Origin: Spirochaetaceae bacterium
GTDB lineage: Bacteria > Spirochaetota > Spirochaetia > DSM-27196 > PXBQ01
Reading direction: 5' to 3'
Length of the DNA stretch: 64,000 nucleotides
NCBI GenBank assembly: GCA_007695285.1
Contig: REEC01000123.1
Span: 3,351-67,350, forward strand
Of this stretch, positions 52,180 to 62,621 are shown one piece after another; within the stretch, counting starts at the first letter, position 1; each line of letters opens with the position of its first letter. Under the pieces are notes generated by a model, which saw nothing but the letters and a program-made list of their open reading frames with translations, was not told where the DNA came from and did not search any database. A program made the position numbers and the translations under genes.

Positions 52180-53943
52180 GTGTCTATGAGGGCCCCCGAA
52201 CGAAGCGAAATCCACGACATGATTCACGGTACCGGGCTCTCGCTCGGCACCGCGCGCGGCGCCGCGATGCAGTTCGACGCGCGTTCGGCGATCGGCCTCG
52301 CCGATTCACTCGAGCCGAACACCGTACCGGTCGACGCGGTGGCACGTTTTGAGCGGGCTCTCAGCGCTACGATTACGCAGATCGACGAGATAATCGAACA
52401 CGGCGCATCGCGGTTCGCGGACGTCGTTAAGCTGATCTTCACGGCCCATAGGATGATGCTCGAAGACCCCGCGTACGCGGGAGAGATACGCAAACGGATA
52501 TCGAACGGAGAGTCGCCCGAAAAAGCGACGGCGACCGTTACCGACGAGCTCTCGGAGAGCCTCTCGGCGAATCACAACGAACGCATCGCGGAGAAAGGCG
52601 AGGACATCCGGGATCTCGGGCGCCGGGTCCTCTCGAATCTGACGGAAACGGCGAACGAAGGCACGTTCGCCCACGGTCGAGTCGTTGTGCTGAAGAGCGT
52701 CTTCCCGTCCGAACTGTTACGACTCGCGATTGACGGCGCGGCGGGGATAGTCCTCGTCGGAACGATGGTGACCGCGCACATCGGCATCCTCGCACGGTCT
52801 TTGGGGGTCCCGGTTCTCTCAACCACGAGTGATTTGGCGTTAGCAATCCCCGACGGAAGCGAAGTCGTACTCGATGCAACACGCGGGGTTCTCTATCCGA
52901 CCGCGGATGCGGCCCCTCCCGACACAACAGTCGCGTCGAGTGAAGGCGACGCAGTCGAAGATCGCGTTGAGTCGGCGCTCGCGGTATCGATCCTCGCGAA
53001 CGTGAACATTCTCGCGGACGCCTACACCGCGCGGCGATACGCCGACGGCATCGGGCTGTACCGGAGCGAGTTCCCGTTTATCATCCGCAAAGGTTTCCTC
53101 TCGGAAGATGAACAGAAGGATCTGTACTCGTACATCATCGGCTCGATGCCGGGAAAACCGATCACGCTAAGGACGGCCGACATCGGCGGCGACAAGCTTC
53201 TTGACGACGATGCGGCCGAGTCTAATCCGTTTCTTGGAGTCCGCGGGATTCGGTTTTCGCTCGCGAACCGCGAAGCATTTCGGACGCAGCTCCGCGCGAT
53301 GCTGCGCGCGGGAATCGACACCGACCTCGGAATCATGTTTCCGATGGTCTCGACGGTCGAGGAAGTTCAGGAAGCGAAGGACGAGTTGGTGCGATGCATC
53401 GAGCAGTTGGCGAGAGACGGCATCCCGCACAACGGCTCACCGCGCGTAGGAGCGATGATCGAGCTTCCGTCCGCCGCGATCGCGACGTCGGAACTCGCGG
53501 CGGAGACGGACTTTCTCTCGATCGGGACAAACGATCTTGTTATGTACATGCTCGCGGTCGACCGGACAAACGCTCGCGTCGCGGACCTCTATCGTACTCA
53601 CCATCCGACGATCCTCCGGACGATCCACTGGATCACCGCACGAGTCGGCGGAGCGATCGGAGAACTCTCGGTCTGCGGAGAAGCGGCGGCCGATCCGCTC
53701 ATGATTCCTTTTTTTCTCGGCCTCGGCATCAAAAAACTGAGCGGCGCCCCACGGCGACTGCGCGACATGCGCAGGTACGTCACGGCGCTCGATGAAAGAT
53801 GGTGTCGTGACACGGCGCGATCAATGCTCGCGATCCGGACGATCCACGAGATGGACGAGTACCTGGTCGAACTGGAGAGCCAACTCCACGAACTCAACGA
53901 CCGAGTCACCGACGCGACCTCAGCCGCCGGCGGTTCTACGTAA
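52180..53943 (+). CDS. ptsI: phosphoenolpyruvate--protein phosphotransferase (PTS enzyme I)
   Basis: Phospho-His region TAHIGILARSLGVPV. YRSEFPF. FLSIGTNDL. Catalytic Cys in VCGEAAADP. The start could be ATG 52219. Confidence 0.85.
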   Translation: MSMRAPERSEIHDMIHGTGLSLGTARGAAMQFDARSAIGLADSLEPNTVPVDAVARFERALSATITQIDEIIEHGASRFADVVKLIFTAHRMMLEDPAYAGEIRKRISNGESPEKATATVTDELSESLSANHNERIAEKGEDIRDLGRRVLSNLTETANEGTFAHGRVVVLKSVFPSELLRLAIDGAAGIVLVGTMVTAHIGILARSLGVPVLSTTSDLALAIPDGSEVVLDATRGVLYPTADAAPPDTTVASSEGDAVEDRVESALAVSILANVNILADAYTARRYADGIGLYRSEFPFIIRKGFLSEDEQKDLYSYIIGSMPGKPITLRTADIGGDKLLDDDAAESNPFLGVRGIRFSLANREAFRTQLRAMLRAGIDTDLGIMFPMVSTVEEVQEAKDELVRCIEQLARDGIPHNGSPRVGAMIELPSAAIATSELAAETDFLSIGTNDLVMYMLAVDRTNARVADLYRTHHPTILRTIHWITARVGGAIGELSVCGEAAADPLMIPFFLGLGIKKLSGAPRRLRDMRRYVTALDERWCRDTARSMLAIRTIHEMDEYLVELESQLHELNDRVTDATSAAGGST

Positions 53944-54970
53944 TCGCCGGCAGCTCGTTTCGGATGACCGTTGCCTGCGTGCGCAGGTCCTCGATCTCTT
54001 GAATCCAGAACGCCTCGCTTCCCCAGTCCGGATACGCGACGCGGAACCAGTAATCGTGCCTCTGGCGCGCGCGCCACGCGAGGAAGTACACCATCCGCAT
54101 GAAACGCAGCGGTTCGATCAACTCGAGCGTCCGTCGATCGAACGGCCGGAACTGTTCGTAGCCGTCGATCAGGTTCTCAAGTTCACGGCCGCAGTCGGTC
54201 GCATAGCCCGGTAGCAGCAACCAGATATCCTGCACGGGCGGAGCGACCATCATGTCGTCAAAATCGATGATCAGAAGCCCGTCTCCGGGCCGGTCGAGAA
54301 TGTTGCCGCGATGACAGTCGCCGTGAACTCGCTGGAAGAACGCGTCGTCGAACAGCGGCGCGATCGTCGCGATCGTCGTCTCGCAAATCTGCTCGAACTC
54401 CTCGCGGCAACCCGGATGAACGACGCGCTCGTCGCTGAGCTCACGCACGAAACCCGCGGTGAGATCCTCGGGGCGACAAACCGCTCTGTGTACCGCCTCG
54501 CGCGAGGCGCCGACACGGTGGCAGCGTCCAAGGATACCGCCTAAGCGGACCCAGTGGTCATCGGTCTCGGCGTCGAAATTCCGGCCGCCCATCTTGGGAA
54601 ACACCGAGAAATAATACGTCTGCTCCGCTTCGTCATCGGAGATTGTGAGCTCGGCGACCGTCTCTCCGTTCTCATCGGGAAGCGGCGCGGCCACGGGAAT
54701 CTCGGCCGCCGCGCAATCGAGCATGAACTCGTGTTCCTCGGCGAGCGCCTCGGGCGTCCATCGGCCGGGCCGGTAGAATTTGGCGACGACGTCGGTGCCC
54801 TCGTCGCGACGCATTCCGTAGACACGATTCACGTAGCTCGGGTACGGGTTGACCGTTCCGTCGAGCACGAACCCGAACGCGGACTCTACAGCGGTGACGG
54901 CGGCCTCAGGCGTCAAGAGATCGAACGATCCCCGAGGCTCCGGTACGTTCGACCGGTTCGGATTCGACAT
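53936..54970 (-). CDS. SrkA/RdoA (YihE)-like protein kinase (aminoglycoside phosphotransferase fold)
   Basis: VHGDCHRGNIL and IIDFDD catalytic motifs. ATG 54970 (MSNPNRS). Confidence 0.8.
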   Translation of the reverse strand: MSNPNRSNVPEPRGSFDLLTPEAAVTAVESAFGFVLDGTVNPYPSYVNRVYGMRRDEGTDVVAKFYRPGRWTPEALAEEHEFMLDCAAAEIPVAAPLPDENGETVAELTISDDEAEQTYYFSVFPKMGGRNFDAETDDHWVRLGGILGRCHRVGASREAVHRAVCRPEDLTAGFVRELSDERVVHPGCREEFEQICETTIATIAPLFDDAFFQRVHGDCHRGNILDRPGDGLLIIDFDDMMVAPPVQDIWLLLPGYATDCGRELENLIDGYEQFRPFDRRTLELIEPLRFMRMVYFLAWRARQRHDYWFRVAYPDWGSEAFWIQEIEDLRTQATVIRNELPAIT

Positions 54971-55014
54971 GTCGACAGCATAATCAGCAGGACCGCCCCG
55001 GTCAATCGAGCCTC

Positions 55015-55044
55015 GGCGAGTTGGGGCGAGTTGGGGCGACTTGA
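55015..55044. repeat. three tandem 10-bp units (GGCGAGTTGG GGCGAGTTGG GGCGACTTGA) in a divergent intergenic region
   Basis: Read directly from the sequence. The last unit overlaps a TTGACA hexamer (55041-55046). Confidence 0.85.
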
Positions 55045-55074
55045 CACGAGTCCGAACGCCGTCCAAAGTGAAGC

Positions 55075-56535
55075 ATGGCGACACAATACAACTCATCTCC
55101 GGACGGATCGTCCCCGTCCGGAGCACCGACGATCGACCGGCGACCGAACGTGATCTGGATCATCGCAGACCAGCTGCGCGCGCAGGCTTTTGGATATCGC
55201 GGCGACCCGAACGTCCGAACGCCGAACATCGACAACCTCGCGCGTCGCGGGATGCGGTTTGACTCCGCGGTCGCCGGGGCGCCGTGGTGCTGTCCGTTTC
55301 GTGGAGCGCTTCTTTCGGGCCGCTATCCGCACAACAACGGCGTGACGCAGACGCCGGGCGCCCTCGACCCGTCGTTGCCAACGATCGCCGCGCCGTTTCG
55401 GGACGCCGGCTACCACACCGCGTGGATCGGCAAGTGGCATCTCGACGGATCGAACAGTTCCCGGCACTACGTTCCGCCCGAGCGGCGCGGCGGTTTCGAT
55501 TACTGGCTGGGTTACGAAAACAACAACGCGCAGGAAGAGTGCTTCGTGTACGGCACTGGGTGCGAGAGCGCCGAGCGGCTCGACGGATACGAGACCGACG
55601 CGTTGACCGACCGGTTCATGGCACATCTCCACGAACACACGTCGCGTCGGACCGACGTGGAATCCGCGGCAGGTCCCGGTAGCGGGTACCAGCCGTTCTT
55701 TGCGGTTCTCTCGGTTCAACCGCCGCACAGCCCGTACGTCGCGTCGGGCTCGTGGGCAGGCGCGGCGCGCGGGCCCGCGTACGATCCGATCAAACCGACC
55801 GACGTCCGGCTGCGACCGAACGTCCCGTCGGTTCCGTGGATCGAAGAGAAAGCTCGGCTCGACGGCGCGGGTTACGCGATGATGGTCGAGAACCTCGACT
55901 GGAACGTCGGCAGACTGCTCGACGAGATGCGGCGCCTCGATGTCGACCGCGAGACGTGGGTCGTGTTCTTCAGCGATCACGGAGACATGCTCGGGTCCCA
56001 CGGACAATGGGAGAAGTCGAGTCCGTGGGAGGAGTCGATCCGAGTTCCGTTCATCGTCGCGCGCGTCGGAGGGCATCAGACGATGAAGGTCGGTTCGACC
56101 GACGCGCTGATGAACCACGTCGACGTCGGGCCGACGTCACTCGGCCTATGCGGGATAGCCGCGCCGGACTGGATGGCCGGGTACGATTACTCCGCGCGGT
56201 GCGGCGGCGACAACCGCGACGCGGAGGCCGACTCGGCGGCCAGGCGGGCCGAACCCGACTCGGCGTACCTTCAGCAGATTCCCCGGAAGTTTCACGCGCA
56301 CTCGGTAAACCGCGCGTGGCGTGCGGTGGTCACGCGCGACGGCTGGAAGTACGTCTGCACACCGGGCAACGACTGGCTGCTGCACAACCTCAACGACGAT
56401 CCGTTCGAACAAGCGAATCTCTGTTACGACTCGGTCTTCCACGCGCAGAAAGAACGCTGCCACGCCGCGCTCGCCGCGTGGATCGAGAAAACCGGTGATT
56501 CGTTCGAGCTGCCCGAGATAACGATCACGGCTTGA
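55075..56535 (+). CDS. sulfatase (Cys-type, no signal peptide)
   Basis: NVIWIIADQLR, the FGly motif CCPFRGALLSGR (C-x-P-x-R), and the GKWH block. Confidence 0.9.
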   Translation: MATQYNSSPDGSSPSGAPTIDRRPNVIWIIADQLRAQAFGYRGDPNVRTPNIDNLARRGMRFDSAVAGAPWCCPFRGALLSGRYPHNNGVTQTPGALDPSLPTIAAPFRDAGYHTAWIGKWHLDGSNSSRHYVPPERRGGFDYWLGYENNNAQEECFVYGTGCESAERLDGYETDALTDRFMAHLHEHTSRRTDVESAAGPGSGYQPFFAVLSVQPPHSPYVASGSWAGAARGPAYDPIKPTDVRLRPNVPSVPWIEEKARLDGAGYAMMVENLDWNVGRLLDEMRRLDVDRETWVVFFSDHGDMLGSHGQWEKSSPWEESIRVPFIVARVGGHQTMKVGSTDALMNHVDVGPTSLGLCGIAAPDWMAGYDYSARCGGDNRDAEADSAARRAEPDSAYLQQIPRKFHAHSVNRAWRAVVTRDGWKYVCTPGNDWLLHNLNDDPFEQANLCYDSVFHAQKERCHAALAAWIEKTGDSFELPEITITA

Positions 56536-56569
56536 CCGCGGGTGGAAAGGCGATTACTGTAATCGTACC

Positions 56570-56806
56570 ATGACGTACGATTACAAGTGCGCTGCGTGCA
56601 GCGGCGCCTTCGAGATAACCGCGACGATCGCGGAAAAAGAGGCAGGTTTGTCACCAGCGTGCCCGGCGTGTGGCTCGACCGAAACGCGGCAAGTTTTCAC
56701 GGTGTTCGGGATCGTATCCGGAACCGCTTCTCAGTCCGCGTGCGGCTGCGCCTCCGATGGCGAGTGCGCGGGCCCGGAGTTCGGCCGCTGCTGCCGCGCG
56801 AGCTGA
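56570..56806 (+). CDS. FmdB-family zinc-ribbon protein
   Basis: MTYDYKCAACSGAFE...CPACGS is the CxxC...CPxCG pattern of the family. Confidence 0.8.
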   Translation: MTYDYKCAACSGAFEITATIAEKEAGLSPACPACGSTETRQVFTVFGIVSGTASQSACGCASDGECAGPEFGRCCRAS

Positions 56807-56831
56807 GACGAAGCGCCGCGTTGAGGACTGC

Positions 56832-57911
56832 GTGAGCGATATTCTTTCCTACGTACTCGGTAGCTCACTGATTCGTTCGGTCGCGACGGTTTTTTTGGCC
56901 GTCGCCGTGGCTATGCTCGCTCACGTGGTGATTTTCTTCTTTCTGAAGAAGGTGTACTCGCGTTCCGATCGCCTCGGAACGTTTGTGGTCACGAAAACAC
57001 GCGCGCCGGCGCGCCTTGTCTTTCTTGTCATGGCGATCTGGATGGTTCTTCCCGCTCTAACCGAGACGACGCGAGTCGCAGCCACGATCCGGCACGCGAC
57101 GATTGTCGCGTTTATCGCGACGGCCGGGTTGCTTGCGATGGCGATCGTCCGGGGGTTTGTGCAGCTTCTGCTCTCGCGATACGACATCACCGCGCGCGAT
57201 AATCTGAGGGCGCGCACGGTCAGCACGCAGGCTCGCGTGTTTCAGCAGATCGCGGCGGTAATCGTTGCGATCGTCGTCGTGTCGACAATTCTGATGACGT
57301 TCGACGGCGTACAGCAACTCGGCGCATCGATCCTTGCCTCAGCCGGTATCGCCGGCCTCGTGCTCGGTGTCGCGGCGCAGAAGAGCCTCGCGAATGTCGT
57401 CGCCGGCGTCATGATCGCGATCACGCAGCCGATCAGGCTCGACGACGTTGTCATAGTCGAGGGTGAGTGGGGACGGATCGAGGAGATAACGCTCACGTAC
57501 GTCGTCGTAAGTATCTGGGACAAACGCCGCCTTATCGTGCCGATCACGCATTTCGTCGAGACACCGTTCCAGAACTGGACACGAACGAGCGCTGAAATTC
57601 TCGGTACCGTTTTTCTGCACGTCGATTACCGCACACCGATCGACGCGATCCGCGCCGAACAATCTCGAATCCTCGCGACAACGGAACTCTGGGACGGCAA
57701 AGTCGACGTCGTCCAGGTTGTCGACACGACCGATCGATCGCTGGTCGTGCGGTGCCTCGTCAGCGCGGCCGACTCGCCGACCGCGTGGGACCTGCGCGTC
57801 CTGCTCCGCGAGCAGCTCGTGACATTTCTTCAGTCGCAGTATCCCGAGTACCTGCCGCGCATCCGAATAGAAAACTCCCCCTCGCCGGCCCCTGGCCCTC
57901 TTAATCCGTAA
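56832..57911 (+). CDS. MscS-family mechanosensitive channel
   Basis: GIAGLVLGVAAQKSLANVVAGVMIAITQPIRLDDVV... is an MscS pore/beta-domain signature. GAGGA precedes GTG 56832. The ORF track start of 56670 overlaps the FmdB gene. Confidence 0.85.
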   Translation: MSDILSYVLGSSLIRSVATVFLAVAVAMLAHVVIFFFLKKVYSRSDRLGTFVVTKTRAPARLVFLVMAIWMVLPALTETTRVAATIRHATIVAFIATAGLLAMAIVRGFVQLLLSRYDITARDNLRARTVSTQARVFQQIAAVIVAIVVVSTILMTFDGVQQLGASILASAGIAGLVLGVAAQKSLANVVAGVMIAITQPIRLDDVVIVEGEWGRIEEITLTYVVVSIWDKRRLIVPITHFVETPFQNWTRTSAEILGTVFLHVDYRTPIDAIRAEQSRILATTELWDGKVDVVQVVDTTDRSLVVRCLVSAADSPTAWDLRVLLREQLVTFLQSQYPEYLPRIRIENSPSPAPGPLNP

Positions 57912-57972
57912 ATCCGGCCTCTTTCCCGTACCACTTTTCACCGTTATATTTACCAATAAGGAGAAATCCTCT

Positions 57973-59142
57973 ATGCCCGGTATCATCGTCGAGAACATCA
58001 GTAAAAGGTACGACGCGGTAACCGCATTGACCGACGTCTCGATCACGGTGGACAACGGCGAGTTCATGGTGATGCTTGGACCGTCGGGATGCGGAAAGAC
58101 AACTCTTCTCAGATGTATCGCAGGCCTTGAACAGGCGCACACCGGTACCGTGCACCTCGGACAGCGATGCGTGTACTCGGCATTCGCGGGAATCGACGTC
58201 CCACCACGCGAGCGTCGGATCGGCATGGTGTTCCAGAACTTCGCGCTGTACCCTCACATGACGGTCGCAGAGAACGTGTCGTTTGGTCTGCGAATCCGGC
58301 ACGTGAACAAGAAACAGGCCGAAACGATCGTGCGCGAGGCAATCCGGGTCGTCGACCTGGAAGGGTTTGAGAAACGAAAGCCGCGACACCTCAGTGGCGG
58401 TCAACAACAGCGAGTCGCGCTCGCGCGCGCGATCGCCGCGAATCCGGAGTATCTGCTGTTCGACGAACCGCTCTCGAATCTCGACCCGAAGCTCCGCGGG
58501 ATGTTGTGCGCGCAACTCAAGCGCATCCACCGCGCAATCGGAGCAACGTCGGTCTACGTCACGCACGATCAGGCCGAGGCGATGGTGCTCGCCGACAGGA
58601 TCGCGGTTCTCCAGAACGGCCGAGTGGCGCAGATCGGGAGTGGGAAGAGAATTTACCGTTTCCCCGAGACCGCGTACGTCGCGGAGTTCACGGGAAACCC
58701 GAAGACGAACATTCTGAAAGGAGAGATTCGGCGCGGCGAGGACGACGTGTTTTTCATACCCGACGCCGATCCGTACTGCGTGATTCCGGTAACCGACGAA
58801 CTCGCGGGCCTCGACGGGCGTTACATAATTCTGCACGTGAGACCGGAAGACGTGGAGGTAGTGAAGAAACCGACGGCCGGAGAAGGCCATCTCTCGGTGC
58901 TCGCGGTCGACGAGGGAGCGAGCGGATTTGCGCATCTTCGACTCGGAGACCAACTCGCTCAAGTACTCACGCGCACCGGTCCCGGAAAGAGACTGAGCGT
59001 ATCACGTGGGCAGATCGTCGGTGTTAGATTTGCGCGCGGAAACGTGTATGAACCCGAATCGGGCGAGATCATCGGCTCGTTCGGATACGGGCCCGACGAG
59101 CTCGGGCGCCTCGACGAATCACGCTGGGCGCTGCAGCTTTAG
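57973..59142 (+). CDS. MalK/UgpC/MsmX-type sugar ABC transporter ATPase (no permease nearby)
   Basis: GPSGCGKTT, LSGGQQQRVALARA and LFDEPLSNLD, plus a C-terminal regulatory/TOBE-like domain. AAGGAG SD. Confidence 0.9.
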   Translation: MPGIIVENISKRYDAVTALTDVSITVDNGEFMVMLGPSGCGKTTLLRCIAGLEQAHTGTVHLGQRCVYSAFAGIDVPPRERRIGMVFQNFALYPHMTVAENVSFGLRIRHVNKKQAETIVREAIRVVDLEGFEKRKPRHLSGGQQQRVALARAIAANPEYLLFDEPLSNLDPKLRGMLCAQLKRIHRAIGATSVYVTHDQAEAMVLADRIAVLQNGRVAQIGSGKRIYRFPETAYVAEFTGNPKTNILKGEIRRGEDDVFFIPDADPYCVIPVTDELAGLDGRYIILHVRPEDVEVVKKPTAGEGHLSVLAVDEGASGFAHLRLGDQLAQVLTRTGPGKRLSVSRGQIVGVRFARGNVYEPESGEIIGSFGYGPDELGRLDESRWALQL

Positions 59143-59164
59143 TATCGTCCGGGGCGTGTCGGCG

Positions 59165-60124
59165 TCAACGCGCCCATCGCCGCGGAATCGGCGCGACGGT
59201 TCGAGCTCGCTCATCGTACGACGTCATCCCGCTGCTCCGATAGACGTACGTCCGTCCCTCGAGACTCGAAAAACCGGCGTGGTTTCCGGCGGTGTCGACG
59301 GCGATCGAGTTCATTACGTCGAGAAATGGCCCACCAAGCAACACGAGATCCTCAAACGCGTCGCGCACCGCGTCGTCAGCGCTCATTCCGTGCCGCATCG
59401 CGGTCACGATAGAGTGCGCGGTGCACGCGCGAATCGCCATTTCACCCATTCCCGTGCACGCGGCCGCGCCGTAACGCGCGTCGGCGTAACACCCGCCGCC
59501 GATCACCGGTGAGTCTCCGAGTCGTCCCGGGTACTTCAACGCCCAGCCGCTCGTCGAAACCCCGGCGCACACCCCACCGTCGTCATCGATCGCAAGGAAG
59601 TTAACTGTACCGGCAACACGCTCGGGATCAGCCGCGTGGCGAACGAGAGGAGCGAGTGGCCGGCCGTCGCCGATGGCGTCGTCACCGGGTGCCGTTACGA
59701 TCTCGGCGACCCTTCGCCGCCATTCATCGCGCGCGGCCGTATTCACCGACGTGATCCTCTCGGCGCCGATCTCGCGTGCGTACCGGTCGGCGCCCTCGCC
59801 GACGAGCAACACATGAGGCAAGTTCCGCATCACGCTGAGCGCGACCGAAATCGGGTGCCGGAAACCGTGCAGCGCGCCGACCGCGCCGCACTCCCGCGTC
59901 ACGCCGTCCATGATCGACGCGTCGAGCTCGAGCTCGCCGAGAATGTTCGGGTATCCCGCCGCACCGACGGTATGGTCGTCGGCGTTGTCCTCGACCGCGC
60001 GAATCCCGATCTCAACCGCACCGACGGCCGAGACACCGGACTCGAGCGCCTCAAATGCGGCGTCGATCCCGACCCGCCCGTTCGCACTCGCTACGATTAT
60101 CACGCGGCATCGTACCGTAAGCAC
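59165..60124 (-). CDS. Ntn-hydrolase of the glycosylasparaginase / isoaspartyl peptidase family
   Basis: GTVNFLAIDDDGG (Thr nucleophile context) and GRLGDSPVIGGGCYAD. Confidence 0.8.
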   Translation of the reverse strand: MLTVRCRVIIVASANGRVGIDAAFEALESGVSAVGAVEIGIRAVEDNADDHTVGAAGYPNILGELELDASIMDGVTRECGAVGALHGFRHPISVALSVMRNLPHVLLVGEGADRYAREIGAERITSVNTAARDEWRRRVAEIVTAPGDDAIGDGRPLAPLVRHAADPERVAGTVNFLAIDDDGGVCAGVSTSGWALKYPGRLGDSPVIGGGCYADARYGAAACTGMGEMAIRACTAHSIVTAMRHGMSADDAVRDAFEDLVLLGGPFLDVMNSIAVDTAGNHAGFSSLEGRTYVYRSSGMTSYDERARTVAPIPRRWAR

Positions 60125-60158
60125 GGACGGATCGGCAAGACCACACGGACGTTTGTAC

Positions 60159-61535
60159 TCAACTCCAGAGCCGGTCGTGCGCCCACTCGTTGTCCCAGTG
60201 ATCGGTCGGCTCCCAAAGCCCCGGAATCTCGGGATGGATGTGCTGAGCGAGAACCTCGTCGTTGAGCGACTCGATGCCGAGACCAGGGGTGTCGGGAATC
60301 GGTATGTAGCCGTCCTGCACGATCGGATTCGGCAGGCCGGTCACGATGTCGTTCCACCACGGCGTGTCCGCGGAGTGGAACTCGAGCGCGAGGAAGTTCT
60401 CGGTCGCCGCGGCGGCGTGCGCTGCGGCGAGGCACCCGATCGGGCTCTCGGCCATGTGAATCGCCATCGCGATTCCGTACTCTTGCGCGAGATCGCCGAT
60501 CTTTTTCGTCTCGAGAATGCCGCCGGTCGAAAGCACGTCGGGATGAGTGACCGACACGCCGCCGGCTTCGAACAGCGGGAGGAAGTTCTCTTTGAGATAG
60601 ATGTCCTCACCGGTGCAAACGGGGATCGTCGTCGCGCGCGAGAGGCGCACGTACTGCTCGGTCAACTGCCACGGGATCATGTCCTCGATCCACGCCGGAT
60701 TGTACTTCTCGATTCGTTTTGCAAGTTTGATCCCGTCTTCAACACCGATATGACCGAAGTGGTCCATGGCGAGCGGAACCTCGTACCCGATAATGCTGCG
60801 CACATCGGCGACGTACTGTTCGAGCAGATCCAGTCCCTTCTCGGTCACGTGGATGCCGGTGTGTGGATGAGGTATGTTGTTCATGTCGTAGAACCACGCG
60901 CGGTTGGCGAGAGCTTCCGAGTCGACCCGACCTCGCGTCGCGCCGTGCGCGTGTGCGGCGGCGCGATACTCATCGAGAAGCCCGAGCGGCGCGCTCAACG
61001 CGCCGGGCTCGTCGCGCAGCTGTCCGATCCCGAGATCCATCTTCAGAAACTTGAATCCCATCTCCATCCGTTTCTTGAGCGCGGCGCCCATCGCCGCACC
61101 GGTGTCTTTACCGCGCACATCGGTATCGCAGTACATGCGGATCTTGTCGCGGAACTTCCCGCCAAGCAGTTGGTACACGGGCACGCCGTACGCCTTGCCC
61201 GCAAGATCCCAGAGAGCAACCTCGACTCCCGATACCCCGCCGCCCTGCCGCGAATGCCCGCCGAACTGTTTGATTCGCCGGAAAAGCTTATCGACGTTGC
61301 ACGGATTCTCACCGAGAAGCCGGCCTTTCAGCATCAAAGCGTACGTCTTGCTCGCACCGTCGCGCACCTCACCGTACCCGACGATACCTTGATTGGTGTA
61401 GATCTTCAGGAGCGTGCAGTGCATCGGCGCCCCGACGATATCGACGAATCGCATGTCGGTGATGCGCAGATCGGACGGGCGCGAGTTCGTGTTGACGCCG
61501 CTCGCGATCACTGTTGCGTCTTTCCCATTGCTCAT
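60159..61535 (-). CDS. enolase-superfamily (mandelate racemase/muconate lactonizing family) acid-sugar dehydratase-like enzyme
   Basis: [32 protein letters not shown] and downstream WIEDM / TGEDIY metal-ligand contexts. ATG 61535. Confidence 0.8.
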   Translation of the reverse strand: MSNGKDATVIASGVNTNSRPSDLRITDMRFVDIVGAPMHCTLLKIYTNQGIVGYGEVRDGASKTYALMLKGRLLGENPCNVDKLFRRIKQFGGHSRQGGGVSGVEVALWDLAGKAYGVPVYQLLGGKFRDKIRMYCDTDVRGKDTGAAMGAALKKRMEMGFKFLKMDLGIGQLRDEPGALSAPLGLLDEYRAAAHAHGATRGRVDSEALANRAWFYDMNNIPHPHTGIHVTEKGLDLLEQYVADVRSIIGYEVPLAMDHFGHIGVEDGIKLAKRIEKYNPAWIEDMIPWQLTEQYVRLSRATTIPVCTGEDIYLKENFLPLFEAGGVSVTHPDVLSTGGILETKKIGDLAQEYGIAMAIHMAESPIGCLAAAHAAAATENFLALEFHSADTPWWNDIVTGLPNPIVQDGYIPIPDTPGLGIESLNDEVLAQHIHPEIPGLWEPTDHWDNEWAHDRLWS

Positions 61536-61581
61536 AATCGTTCCTTTCCTCTTTGTTTTCGTTTTCCGGTTGCTCGTCGTG

Positions 61582-62469
61582 TTAGAGAAGCGTCTCTTCA
61601 TCGGCCTGACGCTGTTCGGTCTCGGTCGACTTGTCCCAATCGAGATGCTCGAACTCTTCTAAGGTGTGCGTTTTGCGCCACTCGGCGAAGTCGGCTTCGA
61701 TCGGATCGGTCCACTTTGTATCCATCTGCGCCGACGTGTAGACCTTCTCTCGCAGACGCTGCAAACCGAAAACCTCACGCAGGCGGGTTCGCTCGGAGTG
61801 CTCGACGACCTCTTCGGCGAGATGCGCGGGAATGAACAACACGCCGGTATACGTCGCGAGCACGATGTCACCCGGCATACAGATCGCGCCGCCGATCCGG
61901 CACGGAGTGTTCATCCCGACCAACGTGACGTCACGAATTCCGGTCGGGTCCATGCCCTTGCAGAAAGTCACGACACCGTCGATCCCCTTGATCTGTTGCG
62001 CGTCGCGGATGCCGCCGTAGATCACTTGCCCACGGCCGGTACGCGTCGCGATCGCGGTCGAGAGATTTCCCCCCGAGAACGTGCCTTGAAAGATCTTTCC
62101 AAAAAGATCGACGACGATTACGTCGTCTTTCTGCAAGGTTTCGATCACCCACGAGTTCATCTCGCCGATCCGACCCTCTTCATTGTGACCGTACTCCATC
62201 AGGCTCTGGTGCAGATCGGGTCGTCGCGGCACAAAAACCGCCGTGACCGCGCGGCCGACAAGTACCTTGCCGGGGTGAATGTTGATCCAGTCGGGCTCAA
62301 ACTGGTACTTGTACTCCTTGCCCCAGAGCACGGCCCACGCCTCTTCGGTCGTAACGCGTTCCATGCGCCGCACGACGTCCTCGGCGACTTTGGGACGCCC
62401 ATCCTCGAAACGCTCGCCTTTCCACTCGGGGGTCAACTGAACGACATCATCTCGATTTGCGAATTTCAC
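61582..62469 (-). CDS. RraA-family protein (class II aldolase/RraA-like), long form
   Basis: [24 protein letters not shown]... core. GTG 62469 follows AGAGGTG. The ORF track extends to 62544. Confidence 0.7.
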   Translation of the reverse strand: MKFANRDDVVQLTPEWKGERFEDGRPKVAEDVVRRMERVTTEEAWAVLWGKEYKYQFEPDWINIHPGKVLVGRAVTAVFVPRRPDLHQSLMEYGHNEEGRIGEMNSWVIETLQKDDVIVVDLFGKIFQGTFSGGNLSTAIATRTGRGQVIYGGIRDAQQIKGIDGVVTFCKGMDPTGIRDVTLVGMNTPCRIGGAICMPGDIVLATYTGVLFIPAHLAEEVVEHSERTRLREVFGLQRLREKVYTSAQMDTKWTDPIEADFAEWRKTHTLEEFEHLDWDKSTETEQRQADEETLL

Positions 62470-62621
62470 GACTACACCTCTTGCCGGTTTGGTTAAGTGG
62501 CCCATGATACCACGGGAAACCATGCGGGAAAAGGCGAATCGCACGATAAAATCGACGAAGCCTAACGGTCCGACGACACGTTTCGGTTGAACGACGCGGT
62601 TTCATCGCGTATCATGGCGCT

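Noticed and set aside
59910-61835. 641-aa plus-strand ORF, the second-longest open frame in this part of the window
   Set aside because: It runs antisense across three minus-strand genes that have clear family signatures: glycosylasparaginase-like, enolase-superfamily dehydratase and RraA-like. It has Arg-rich low-complexity composition and no recognisable motif.
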